Source of the DNA: an uncultured Candidatus Saccharibacteria bacterium
GTDB lineage: Bacteria; Patescibacteriota; Saccharimonadia; Saccharimonadales; Saccharimonadaceae
Assembly: GCA_964431025.1 (NCBI GenBank)
Contig: CAYSIB010000001.1
Span: forward strand, 9,457-73,456
Length of the DNA stretch: 64,000 nucleotides
Reading direction: 5' to 3'
The translations under genes and the position numbers were made by a program. Position 1 is the stretch's first letter. Every line of letters begins with the position of its first letter. The notes beneath the pieces are model-generated. The model was not told the origin of the DNA. It saw nothing but the letters and a program-made list of their open reading frames with translations, and ran no database searches. This document shows, one piece after another, positions 28,023 to 38,002 of this stretch.

Positions 28023-30380
28023 ATGTCAAAAAACTTAGTCATCGTCGAGTCTCCAGCCAAAGCTAAAACCATTGAAAAATACTTAGGGCGTGATTTTAAG
28101 GTCATGTCCTCTGTCGGACACATTAGAAAAGACACCAAAGTAGATGTCGATCATGGTTTTGCTGTCACCTATGAAATCGACGAAGGCCACAAAAAAATCG
28201 TCTCTGACCTCAAAAAAGCCGCCACAAATGCCGAAACTATCTGGCTCGCAACCGATGAAGACCGCGAGGGAGAATCGATTTCTTGGCATCTAATGGAGGT
28301 ACTTAAACTCCCTAAATCTACCAATCGTATCACTTTCCATGAGATTACTAAGCCCGCTCTAGAGGAGGCCGTCAAACACCCGCGCCGTGTCGACATGAGT
28401 ATGGTATCTTCTCAGCAGGCTCGCCAGACCTTGGATATGCTTGTCGGTTACGATTTATCAGGGGTAGTCCGCAAAAAAGTTCCAGGTGCCATTTCTGCCG
28501 GTCGCGTCCAGAGTCCAGCTCTCCGCCTCGTCGTCGAAAAAGAGCGTGAAATTGAGAAATTTAACGCCAAATCTAGCTTCAAAGTGACTGGCGAGTTTCT
28601 AAAATGTGACCTAAAATATGCCAAAAAACCGGCTAAAACGCCGTTTCTAGCCACTTTGGACGGAAAAAGCCCGGACACACCGCTTAAGGCTAAAAAGCTC
28701 TTAGAGAGCCTTGTGGGAGCCAAATACGAAGTAATCTCCACCGAGAAGACCGAAGCTTTAAAGCCTAACCCTGTGCCTTTTGCTACTGCCGCCCTCCAGA
28801 TTGAGGCTAACGCCAGACTCGGTTTTTCCTCCTCTACCACCATGCGCGCTGCTCAAGGATTATATCAGTCCGGTCACATCACTTACCACCGTACCGACTC
28901 CCTAAACCTCTCCAATCAAGCTCTCGCCGCTATGGCCGCCTATATCAAAGAAAATTACGGGGAAAAATACCTTAAAGTTCGTCATTTTAAGACCAAATCC
29001 GCCGGCGCTCAAGAGGCTCACGAAGCTATCCGTCCTACTCACATAGAAACAGAGGTAGCAGGGAACAATGAATACGAAAAGAAGCTCTACCGCCTCATCC
29101 GCTCTCGTACTCTCGCCACCCAGATGGCCAACGCCGTCGTCGACCGCACCACGGTGAAACTAAAAGCCGATACTACACCTGTTACCTTTATTGCTAAAGG
29201 CGAAGTGGTCATCTTCGACGGCTTTCTCAAGGTCTACGGCAAAAGCAAAGATCTCGACCTCCCTGACCTAGAAAAAGGCGACCTCTGTGAAGCTACCTCT
29301 GTTACCGCCAAAGAAACCTTTGATCGTCCACCTGCCCGCTATACCGAGGGTTCTCTAGTCAAAAAGCTCGAAGAGCTCGGCATTGGCCGTCCATCCACCT
29401 ATGCGTCTATCATGTCTGCCATTCAGGCGCGTGGTTACGTTATCAGGGGAGAATCCGAAGGTACTCCGCGTGAAGTGACTATTTTCACTCTCAAAGACAA
29501 GAAAATTTCCGAGGAAAAAACTGAAGAAAAAACCGGAAGTCAAAAAGGCAAACTCATTCCTACCCCTGTTGGAGAGCTAGTTTCTGACTTCTTAACCGAT
29601 CATTTTGACCAGATTGTCGACTACGGTTTTACCGCTGATGTAGAGCAAAAACTCGACAAAATCGCCGAGGACAAGCTCGAAAAAGTCAAAATGCTCCGCG
29701 ATTTCTACACACCTTTCTCCAAACTAGTCGGAAAATCCAGCGACATCGCCCGTTACAACAACAGCAACTCCCTAGGTAAAGATCCAAAAACTGGGAAAAA
29801 TATCTATGCCAAGATTGGTAAAAACGGTGGCTTTATCCAACTCGGAGAAAACGAGAAAGAATCCGGCGAGAAACCTCGTTTTGCACCTCTTCCAGAGGGA
29901 GAAACCGTCAAAACCGTCACCTTAAAGCAGGCCTTGAAGCAGCTCGCCCTTCCTGCTCTTCCACGCTCCCTAGGTCAAGCCAAAGACGGCACCGAGATTA
30001 TCGCCGCCGCCGGTCCATTTGGCCCGTATCTTAAAGCTGGCGCCTATAACGTCCCAATCAAAGATTACGACCCTTATACCATCACCTTAAAAGAAGCCGA
30101 GCCACTCTACCAGGCCAAAATCGACTCCATCATTGCCGACTGGGGCGATATCATGATTATCAACGGCGCCTACGGTCCTTATGTCAAAGGCCCAGGCCGC
30201 AGGAATAACGCCAAAATCCCTAAAGATATTAACCCAAAGAAACTAACTCGCGAAGAAGCCGAGAAAATCTTAAAAGAAAAGCCAAAATCCGCTCGTCATG
30301 CCCCTCGTCGCCGCGCCAAAGCCACCAAAACAGGGAAGACTGCCAAGAAAACCACTCGGAAAACCGCCAAAAAAGCGTAA
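28023..30380 (+). CDS. topA: DNA topoisomerase I
   Basis: VESPAKAKTI, ATDEDREGE, GRVQSP, ITYHRTDS, GIGRPSTY, C-terminal repeats and basic tail. Confidence 0.97.
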   Translation: MSKNLVIVESPAKAKTIEKYLGRDFKVMSSVGHIRKDTKVDVDHGFAVTYEIDEGHKKIVSDLKKAATNAETIWLATDEDREGESISWHLMEVLKLPKSTNRITFHEITKPALEEAVKHPRRVDMSMVSSQQARQTLDMLVGYDLSGVVRKKVPGAISAGRVQSPALRLVVEKEREIEKFNAKSSFKVTGEFLKCDLKYAKKPAKTPFLATLDGKSPDTPLKAKKLLESLVGAKYEVISTEKTEALKPNPVPFATAALQIEANARLGFSSSTTMRAAQGLYQSGHITYHRTDSLNLSNQALAAMAAYIKENYGEKYLKVRHFKTKSAGAQEAHEAIRPTHIETEVAGNNEYEKKLYRLIRSRTLATQMANAVVDRTTVKLKADTTPVTFIAKGEVVIFDGFLKVYGKSKDLDLPDLEKGDLCEATSVTAKETFDRPPARYTEGSLVKKLEELGIGRPSTYASIMSAIQARGYVIRGESEGTPREVTIFTLKDKKISEEKTEEKTGSQKGKLIPTPVGELVSDFLTDHFDQIVDYGFTADVEQKLDKIAEDKLEKVKMLRDFYTPFSKLVGKSSDIARYNNSNSLGKDPKTGKNIYAKIGKNGGFIQLGENEKESGEKPRFAPLPEGETVKTVTLKQALKQLALPALPRSLGQAKDGTEIIAAAGPFGPYLKAGAYNVPIKDYDPYTITLKEAEPLYQAKIDSIIADWGDIMIINGAYGPYVKGPGRRNNAKIPKDINPKKLTREEAEKILKEKPKSARHAPRRRAKATKTGKTAKKTTRKTAKKA

Positions 30381-30451
30381 GCCGTATTGACTTTTTGGGT
30401 CATCTGTGCTATAATAAGAAAATGGGGTGTTCTTTTATAGGAGGTGTCTAA

Positions 30452-30958
30452 ATGGACAGAACAACAGATTATTCAGATAATTTTTATTTTGATGTTTCAG
30501 TTAACGACGATATTGACTACAACCATTATCTCAAGGGTCGAACCAAGCTTTCCGAAATGGCTAAGCAGGCATTCTTCTCCCCTCATTGGGAAAGTGTCGC
30601 CAATCTTGCGCCAAGTTGCCTTGAGAAACAAATCAAATTAAAGCGATCAAGTTATTCCGACGTCCGCAGAAATTACAAGTCAACCATAGTACTCAGGATA
30701 TGCATTTTTGCCGCCACCGTGCTCCATCTTGCTGGCATCATTGCCTGCATCGTGGCACTGATCATCACAGGAGATCGCACGGCATTATATATCTTAATCG
30801 GATTACTTACCCTGGCAGGATTACTCATCCCAGTAATGAACAAGACTGGCCGAGAAATCGCCAAAGCCAGAGCAGCACTAATCAACGAAAAGGCAGTTTT
30901 AGACTATCTAGAACTCGCCGATAGAGTATTAAAATTTACCACCCCCATACCAAATTAA
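30452..30958 (+). CDS. Hypothetical membrane protein
   Basis: Two TM segments, SD ggaggt, own promoter (ttgact...tataat) and terminator. Confidence 0.7.
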   Translation: MDRTTDYSDNFYFDVSVNDDIDYNHYLKGRTKLSEMAKQAFFSPHWESVANLAPSCLEKQIKLKRSSYSDVRRNYKSTIVLRICIFAATVLHLAGIIACIVALIITGDRTALYILIGLLTLAGLLIPVMNKTGREIAKARAALINEKAVLDYLELADRVLKFTTPIPN

Positions 30959-31162
30959 GAAGACAAGGCTCCATCCGGGGCCTTTTTTCTTGCCACATTC
31001 TGCTTATTTTTAAACTTGAGCGTAATAAATTGTTGACATTGTAAAAAATGTGATAAAATAGAACATAGAAAGTCATAAAATATAAGTTGACATTTAGTAC
31101 AAAATATGCTATCATAAGCAAAACGAATAATATTAACTGGGGTGGAATAAAGGAATAAATTC

Positions 31163-32191
31163 ATGGACCAAAATGCGGATGCGATTGCGCAGGCAATCAA
31201 AGGCAGCCTAAAAGTTATCGAACAAGATCGTGAAAGAGAGATCATTTCGCGTCGTTTTGGGCTGAATGGCCAAAAAGAAACACTTGAACAAATCGGCGAC
31301 ATGTTGTCTATTACGCGTGAACGTGTGCGCCAACTTGAAAAGGCCATTTTAATCCGCCTCCGTGTTTGTTCCGAAGAAGGAAACATCGCCGAGCTAGCCG
31401 CCGCAGAAAAGATTATCATCCGCAATCTTACTGAAATGGGCCGCGTTGCTCGCGTTTCCACCCTTGCCGACAAAATTTATGGCAAAAAGACTTCCGCTGC
31501 CGAACGCGCCGGTCTTGCTTTCCTTGGAAATATTTCTTCCAGCCTCACTACTATTGATGAAAACGATCAATATTTTGGTGCTATTGGTATTGCCGAATAC
31601 GGTGACACTGCCAAGCTAAAGAAGAAAGCCGAAGAAATCGTTTCTCTCATTAAGAGCAACAAAAAACCTTTGACTCTAGATGAGCTTGACAACAAGCTAT
31701 CTTATGAGCACCCATCCCATATTGAGGCAATTGCTTCTATTTCCAAGCAACTTGCTACCCTAAATGGTCTCTGGGGTCTTGCTAAATGGCCAACTGTCAA
31801 CCCTAAAAACATCCGCGACAAAATTTTTGTGGTCCTAGAAAGCAAGAAAGAGCCAATGCACTTTGCCGATATTGCTGAAGCTATTTCCGCTTCCGAATTC
31901 AAGAGAAAAAATGTCACCATTCAGGCTATTCACAACGAGCTTATCAAAGATCCACGCTTCGTTTTAATTGGTCGTGGTATCTACGCTCTAGATTCTTGGG
32001 GCTACAAAAAGGGAACTGTTTCCGACATTATTGCTGACATCTTGAAAAAAGCTGGCAAACCTCTCACTCGTGAAGAAATCGTCCGCGAAGTTTTGCACGC
32101 TCGCAAAGTCAAGGAAACCACCATCCTCTTGAATCTCCAGAACAAGAAACTCTTCAAAAAAGCTGACAAAAACTCTTACACTATCGCTTAA
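31163..32191 (+). CDS. Sigma70 region-4 HTH fused to RNAP-delta/HARE-HTH-like winged helices
   Basis: REREIISRRFGL, TLEQIG, ITRERVRQLE; C-terminal TIQAIHNELIKDPRFVLIGRGIYALDSW. Confidence 0.8.
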   Translation: MDQNADAIAQAIKGSLKVIEQDREREIISRRFGLNGQKETLEQIGDMLSITRERVRQLEKAILIRLRVCSEEGNIAELAAAEKIIIRNLTEMGRVARVSTLADKIYGKKTSAAERAGLAFLGNISSSLTTIDENDQYFGAIGIAEYGDTAKLKKKAEEIVSLIKSNKKPLTLDELDNKLSYEHPSHIEAIASISKQLATLNGLWGLAKWPTVNPKNIRDKIFVVLESKKEPMHFADIAEAISASEFKRKNVTIQAIHNELIKDPRFVLIGRGIYALDSWGYKKGTVSDIIADILKKAGKPLTREEIVREVLHARKVKETTILLNLQNKKLFKKADKNSYTIA

Positions 32192-32241
32192 AGATTAGTA
32201 TCTTTTTGAAAACTTTTATGATAAAATAAAAGTTGTAAAAT

Positions 32242-34980
32242 ATGCTAGCAAACATTATTCACTTTATTTTAATGCCTATTGTTTGGATGCCTATCGTCGG
32301 TGTCCTGGGCTTTTTAACCTATAGAAATTACAAAAAAATCAACCGCCTCAAGGTCTTAAACGTCGACTCTGTACTTTTGATGCTCGAGATTCCGCGCACC
32401 AACGACAAAAAAGAGCTCGCCGCGGAACAGCTTTTTGCTAGTCTTCACGGTATTCTAAGAGACAAAACCGAACTCAAAAATTCTGGCGGCATCCAGGAGC
32501 ATCTGAGCTTCGAAATCGTTTCCACCGGCGGTCAAATCCGCTTCTACGTCTGGACACCAAAGGTATTGCAGAGTTTCGTAGAAGGCCAAATTTACGCTCA
32601 ATATCCTTCTGTCCAGATTTATAAGGTAAAAGAAGACTACGTCGAAAAAGGGAAGGACTATCCAGTAGTCTATTCTAGCGAAATCGCCTTGACCGAAAAC
32701 GAAGTTTTACCAATTAAGACCTTCGAAAACTTCGAAGTTGACCCACTGGCCGGTATTACAGGTACCCTTGCTAAGCTTAACCCAGACAAGAACGAAGAGC
32801 TCTGGATCCAGATCCTCACTCGCCCTATCCCTGATGACTGGCACAAATCCACTACCGACAAATGGGTCAAAGCTGTCAAATCCGGCAAGCGCATCGGTCT
32901 CTTTGGGATTGACTGGACCTGGCTAATTACCGCCCTAGGCGCACTCTTTCGCCCACCAGAAGGTGGTACCGTCACACCTGTTACCGTAGAACTTTCCGAG
33001 CGCGCCAAAACTCAGGTCGAGAAAGCCGAAGAAAAAGCCACTAAGCTTGGCTACGAAGTCAAAATCCGCTTGGTCTATCTTGGCTCTGACCAGATGGATG
33101 CCAAACTTAATATGCAGGCCCTCGTTGGTACATTTAAACAGTACAATTCTACCAATCTGAACGGCTTCAAGAGCATTGGCGGCACTTTTGACAAAAACGC
33201 GCTCGAAGCCTATCGCTTGCGCCGCTTTACTTCCCGCGGATTTATTCTCAATATTTCCGAGCTCGCATCGGTCTATCACCTCCCTCACACCTCCGTAGAA
33301 ACCCCAAACATCGTCTGGGCGACTTCTAAGACCGCCGAGCCTCCCGCCCAGCTTCCACTTATCACTGGTAACGCCGCGCACGACGAAAACATTTCTGCTT
33401 TTGGTCTTACCAATTTCCGCGGCATTAACCACCAGTTCGGTATGCTCCGTCGCGACCGTTCTCGTCACGTTTATATCATCGGTCAAACTGGCGCCGGTAA
33501 ATCTGGTATGCTTGAGCTCTTTGCCCTCTCCGATATTTTCTACGACCAAGGTTATTGTATTATCGATCCACACGGTGATTTCGCCATTAACAACCTCCGC
33601 TTCGTCCCAGAAAAACGCATCAAAGACGTAGTTTATTTCAACCCTGCCGATACCCAATTCCCAGTCGCCTTTAACCCGCTAGAACTTTCCGACCCAAGCC
33701 GCAAACCTAACGTCACTTCCGAAGTCATCGGCGTGCTAAAACGTATGTTTGGCGACTCCTGGGGTCCTCGCCTCGAGCATATTTTGCGCTACACTCTGCT
33801 TGCCCTACTAGACCGTCCAGAAACCACCTTACTTGATATTTCTCGTATGCTTACGGATAAGGATTTTAGAAAGGAAACACTTGATTATTGTAAAGACGTC
33901 ACCGTGCTTCAATTCTGGAAACACGAATTTGGCCAGTGGAATGACAAGCAGGTCAACGAATCTATCGCCCCAGTCTTAAATAAGGTCGGTGCCTTTACCG
34001 CCAACCCAATCATCAGAAACATCATCGGTCAACCAAAGTCTAGCTTTGACGTTCGTCGCATTATGGACGAAGGAAAAATCCTCGTTGTCAACTTGTCCAA
34101 GGGTCTAATCGGCGAAGACAATGCCGGTATTCTTGGCGCCTTCCTCGTCACTAAAGTTCAGCTCGCTGCGATGTCCCGCTCCGATATTCCAGATGTCGCC
34201 GACCGCCGTCCGTTCTATCTCTACGTCGATGAGTTCCAGAACTTCGCCACCGATTCCTTTGCGGTCATCCTGTCAGAGGCACGCAAATACGGTCTCAATC
34301 TCACCGTCGCCAACCAGTACATTTCCCAGATGACTGACAACGTTCGCGATGCTGTCTTTGGTAACGTCGGTACCACTATTTCTTTCCGTGTCTCTGCTGA
34401 TGACGCCCCACTCCTTTCCAAGCAATTTGAGCCAACCTTTGAAGCCCAAGATTTACTTTCCCTCAACAACCGCAACTTCGTTATCTCCATGATCATTAAC
34501 GGTGAAAAAGTTCCAGCCTTCTCCGCCACCACCCTCTCTATTCCAACTACGCCAAAAGACAATTTTGACGCGATTATCGCCTCCTCTCGCGAGAAATACT
34601 CTCGTCCTCGCGCCGTCGTCGAGGCAGAAATCAAAGAGACTATCGAACAAAGCGAAAAGTACAAGAAAGAGCTTTCCGATTCTGGTCGCGCCGCCGGAGA
34701 AATTGGCGCCATGATGAACCCGCAGAATGGACAGGGAACTATCGCCAAAAAAGGCTTCGTCTACCAACCTTCCCCTAAGGCCGATTTTAAGAAACTCAAA
34801 CTTTCTCCAGACATGGCCGAAGGTAAAACTGATCGTCCGGGCCTAAAAGATCTTGGCAAGTTGCTTGAACAAAATCAAACTAATCTACCAGAAAAGCAGC
34901 TCGAACAGGGAAACGCACCACAAAAATCCCACAATAATCACCATAAGCCACGCCACAAAAATAACTCCAAAAAGCATTAG
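32242..34980 (+). CDS. T4CP/VirB4/HerA-like ATPase (TraD/DUF87-type), membrane-anchored
   Basis: HVYIIGQTGAGKS, IIDPHGD, YVDEFQNF, SEARKYGL, ANQY. Confidence 0.85.
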   Translation: MLANIIHFILMPIVWMPIVGVLGFLTYRNYKKINRLKVLNVDSVLLMLEIPRTNDKKELAAEQLFASLHGILRDKTELKNSGGIQEHLSFEIVSTGGQIRFYVWTPKVLQSFVEGQIYAQYPSVQIYKVKEDYVEKGKDYPVVYSSEIALTENEVLPIKTFENFEVDPLAGITGTLAKLNPDKNEELWIQILTRPIPDDWHKSTTDKWVKAVKSGKRIGLFGIDWTWLITALGALFRPPEGGTVTPVTVELSERAKTQVEKAEEKATKLGYEVKIRLVYLGSDQMDAKLNMQALVGTFKQYNSTNLNGFKSIGGTFDKNALEAYRLRRFTSRGFILNISELASVYHLPHTSVETPNIVWATSKTAEPPAQLPLITGNAAHDENISAFGLTNFRGINHQFGMLRRDRSRHVYIIGQTGAGKSGMLELFALSDIFYDQGYCIIDPHGDFAINNLRFVPEKRIKDVVYFNPADTQFPVAFNPLELSDPSRKPNVTSEVIGVLKRMFGDSWGPRLEHILRYTLLALLDRPETTLLDISRMLTDKDFRKETLDYCKDVTVLQFWKHEFGQWNDKQVNESIAPVLNKVGAFTANPIIRNIIGQPKSSFDVRRIMDEGKILVVNLSKGLIGEDNAGILGAFLVTKVQLAAMSRSDIPDVADRRPFYLYVDEFQNFATDSFAVILSEARKYGLNLTVANQYISQMTDNVRDAVFGNVGTTISFRVSADDAPLLSKQFEPTFEAQDLLSLNNRNFVISMIINGEKVPAFSATTLSIPTTPKDNFDAIIASSREKYSRPRAVVEAEIKETIEQSEKYKKELSDSGRAAGEIGAMMNPQNGQGTIAKKGFVYQPSPKADFKKLKLSPDMAEGKTDRPGLKDLGKLLEQNQTNLPEKQLEQGNAPQKSHNNHHKPRHKNNSKKH

Positions 34981-35053
34981 AGGTATTGATTTTTTCACCA
35001 TTTTGTGCTATAATAAGAAAAGTAACTATTGTTATGCATCTTAGGAGGTATCT

Positions 35054-35647
35054 ATGGGTAGAAAAGTTTTTTACCAAGCCTGGGTTAGCGGTCGTAGCGG
35101 AAAATTACGCAAACTCACCCCTGACCAGATTATGTCTGATCTTAAAAAAGATATTGAACTGGGTCGGGAATGGTCAATCGATCCAAAAGAACTTATCGAG
35201 ATAATCTCGAAACCAGAGTTCTCGGAGTACAAATCAAACGAAATCAAGACCATCATCCTCAATTACTGCGCCGATTTATTAACTGGAGACGTAGTTCTAG
35301 GAGAAGAGCCGCTTGATATTCGCATTATCACCTACTGTTATCATACGTCCTACGGGGATGATGCGGTTGCCGCAAAACTCCATTATAAGCAGAGCGTCTT
35401 AAGCTCCACAATCGACCACTATCTGGCAAAACACAGCGACGCAGTCGCCAACATCGGTGATTCCGACCTCAAAAATTGGCGGAAAAACTGGGAAGCCACT
35501 GCAATCAAAAATTTCTGCAGATTCTTTGGCCCAGAGCTTACACGCTGGGAACTAAAAATCCGCAAAAAGTCCAGAAACGACTTCGAGAAATTTTTCGCAA
35601 ACGAACCCACTCCAGAACCCACTCCACTTCAAGAAACAGGGAATTAA
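35054..35647 (+). CDS. Hypothetical protein (orphan cassette A)
   Basis: 197-aa ORF, SD aggaggt, own -10; stop lies inside palindrome P1. Confidence 0.7.
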   Translation: MGRKVFYQAWVSGRSGKLRKLTPDQIMSDLKKDIELGREWSIDPKELIEIISKPEFSEYKSNEIKTIILNYCADLLTGDVVLGEEPLDIRIITYCYHTSYGDDAVAAKLHYKQSVLSSTIDHYLAKHSDAVANIGDSDLKNWRKNWEATAIKNFCRFFGPELTRWELKIRKKSRNDFEKFFANEPTPEPTPLQETGN

Positions 35648-35660
35648 GCTTCCCTGTTTT
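35634..35660. repeat. Palindrome P1 (AAACAGGGAA-ttaagc-TTCCCTGTTT)
   Basis: Perfect inverted repeat; near-identical copies at 36429 and 37141. Confidence 0.85.
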
Positions 35661-35744
35661 TCTGTCTTACGCCTCTATCCGTATGCTATAATTAACCTGT
35701 AACCTGCGTTTGTTCTTTAAAGTTTTGTGGAGGTGATGTTGTTT

Positions 35745-36443
35745 ATGAAGATACAAAGAGTTAACCAACAACTAATATTTACCCCTCTAAATAGGTGTGA
35801 TCCGACAGAAACAGAAATATCAGTCTCAAAATTTATCAAGGAAACCAAGGTCAAAAGCAAAAATCCCGAGACTTCTCTAATTATGACTTTAACTCCGGGA
35901 GTAGTTTTTAATACTTTGCCGTTCCTTTCTACCCGTAGACAAAAAGCTGAAGTCTGTGCCAACTTACTTGATTACTTATCGTTTCGCTTGGAGAAATACA
36001 CCGCGCAAATCGTCAAAGGGGAGACGCCGGCTAGCGTTTTCGTCATCGCAAGCTACTGTCTAAATCACATCTGGGGAACCTATAGCCCCAATAAGACATC
36101 TTGGCCCTCACCCTATTATGCTTCAGCAAACCGTTTTTGCTCGAGCCTGGTTAAGACCGCCGCGGAGGCTCATAGCGTGACGAATCTCGGACAAACTGTT
36201 TCCGATCTTTTCATGATAAATCCAACCTTTCGTCCGCCCAGAAAAACCACTTTTAAGCCCTGGTACGACAACGAATCTGGTACCGCCAAAGAATCTGCCA
36301 TCAGAAACAACGTTTACAAAATTATTCGTAGCGACCCCCTCACGTGGATAGAAGAACTAGGTTTTTTTCTAATCTGGCTTTCAAAAGCCACCATTGTAAG
36401 AGATGTCCATTCCTCCAAAAAGCGTAGCAAAACAGGGAATTAG
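35745..36443 (+). CDS. Hypothetical protein (orphan cassette B)
   Basis: About 232-aa ORF, SD ggaggtg; stop lies inside palindrome P2. Confidence 0.68.
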   Translation: MKIQRVNQQLIFTPLNRCDPTETEISVSKFIKETKVKSKNPETSLIMTLTPGVVFNTLPFLSTRRQKAEVCANLLDYLSFRLEKYTAQIVKGETPASVFVIASYCLNHIWGTYSPNKTSWPSPYYASANRFCSSLVKTAAEAHSVTNLGQTVSDLFMINPTFRPPRKTTFKPWYDNESGTAKESAIRNNVYKIIRSDPLTWIEELGFFLIWLSKATIVRDVHSSKKRSKTGN

Positions 36444-36455
36444 CTTCCCTGTTTT
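36429..36455. repeat. Palindrome P2
   Basis: aaaacagggaa-ttagc-ttccctgtttt. Confidence 0.85.
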
Positions 36456-36457
36456 TC

Positions 36458-36793
36458 CTATTTTACGCTCATCATCGCAAACTGATCGTAATACTTTTGC
36501 ATCTGTTTAGGGTCTGTCTGGAAATAGTTTTCACCAAAAAAGTAATCACAAAACTCCTCCCTCGCCCTACATATCTCCCTAAGCTTAGCCGAATCCTTGT
36601 TGAACTTCATCGAAAGGTCAAATAGTTCTAGTGCTCTGTCAATTGCTGCGTTCATCCGTCGCTCGTTTCTTCCTTGCCATTTTAGCGACCTAGACACTTC
36701 GCTACCAATATTTCCCATTTGCATATTGAAGGGTAACTCGCCCCATCTACCCTCAGCCAGCTCTTGATGCTGATAGCCTACTCCGTTATCCAC
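36458..36793 (-). CDS. Small helical hypothetical protein coupled to DUF5674 gene
   Basis: HQELAEGRW..LPF..QMGNIGSEVSR motif; overlaps upstream gene stop. Confidence 0.75.
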   Translation of the reverse strand: MDNGVGYQHQELAEGRWGELPFNMQMGNIGSEVSRSLKWQGRNERRMNAAIDRALELFDLSMKFNKDSAKLREICRAREEFCDYFFGENYFQTDPKQMQKYYDQFAMMSVK

Positions 36794-37122
36794 CTCTGTA
36801 CTACCTCTGTTATTTTCCGCCTAATTTCAGGATCTTCTACGCCCCTAGAGCGGTTATTTTGTCTTGGACGAATATTAATCATGGAATCAAATTCGATAAA
36901 ATCTTCCGGAGCATCATCTGGATAAAGGTTTATACCCCAAAGAGACTCCTGCAGGGAATCATTCTCCAAAAATAGCTGTTCCAAGTCTGCATGAAGCTGC
37001 GCATCAACGGCAAGCAATCCTTTATCAACGTCCACCACACCCTTTACCATACATTCATCAAAGACGACCTCTGAATTTTTTAGTAAATCATTTTTATTAA
37101 TTGGTGACTTTATTATTTTCAT
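36778..37122 (-). CDS. DUF5674-like protein
   Basis: KGVVDV, HAD, LWGINLYP, IEFDSMINIRP, NRSRGVED; -10/N6/ATG start. Confidence 0.78.
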   Translation of the reverse strand: MKIIKSPINKNDLLKNSEVVFDECMVKGVVDVDKGLLAVDAQLHADLEQLFLENDSLQESLWGINLYPDDAPEDFIEFDSMINIRPRQNNRSRGVEDPEIRRKITEVVQRWITE

Positions 37123-37140
37123 ATCTATATTTTACCATAG

Positions 37141-37169
37141 AAAAACAGGGAATTAACTTCCCTGTTTTT
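37141..37169. repeat. Palindrome P3
   Basis: aaaaacagggaa-ttaac-ttccctgttttt, on the promoter side of the DUF5674 gene. Confidence 0.85.
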
Positions 37170-37547
37170 TCTACCTCACCCCTGTTATAACGCTTCCCCA
37201 CCCCTGTTAGTTCTCTGTTCTGCCTCTGTTAGAACCAAAGCCTTACCATAGCAATCACTTTACCGCCCCTGTTTTATCTCTGTTAAATCCACCCGAGGCC
37301 CTAAGAGCCGCTAAAACGCTTTGAAAAGTCAAAGACGCTATTACAGTCGTCCACGAGCACCAAACGGCCTAGAATCGCACGAGAATGGGGAAATACGACA
37401 AAAATAAGCACAAGCACTACAAAACACGGCAAAATCGACCTACAAAAGACGTATGGACAATCGTCTTTTTCCCAAATCTCCAATGTCGCACAATATATCT
37501 TTTACGACATTAACCCTAGGACAATATGGACGATAGAGTTATGTGTT

Positions 37548-37718
37548 AATAGCCAATAGAAACCTATCTATAGGTCCATAAAGGCGGATTTCACCTTAGA
37601 AGAATGAGGAGCAAACACCTAACGAGCACGATTTAGACCGGCGCAGTTAGGGTTTGCGAGTCATTCGGATAAGGCTGAAACCAAGAGGACCTATAGATAG
37701 GTTTTTATTGGCGCTATT
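37548..37718. repeat. Rod-like palindromic element copy 1 (117-bp core 37574-37690)
   Basis: Core identical to 41328-41444; about 30-bp inverted arms. Confidence 0.9.
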
Positions 37719-38002
37719 CAGGCTCTTCTGACCTCTCTCAGAATCGCTTTTTCACCCCCACCCCTGTTACATCGCGTTTTTTGGCCAATTTTGATCCAAA
37801 TTTGCCCAAATTTTTCAATTTGACTTTTCCCTGCATTTATTTTGTTTTGAGTAGTTCTCCCCTGTTATTCCCTCCCCCACCCGCCAAAATCGAGCCATTT
37901 TCCAACTTTAATTTCTCGTTCAATTCCCCACTAATTCCAAAAACCGAACAAAAACCGAACTTAAGATTTCCCCTGTTTTAGCCCCTGTTGTATAATATAT
38001 CC

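Noticed and set aside
30955-31473. 172-aa minus-strand ORF and similar long antisense ORFs (for example 143-670, 22497-23165, 32935-33657, 61188-61841)
   Set aside because: They shadow well-supported genes on the opposite strand and have no recognisable motifs or start signals.
37616-37653. Integron attC site (acctaac ... gttaggg) in the rod element
   Set aside because: The boxes are only about 36 bp apart end to end, below typical attC size; the second box does not fit GTTRRRY; no intI.
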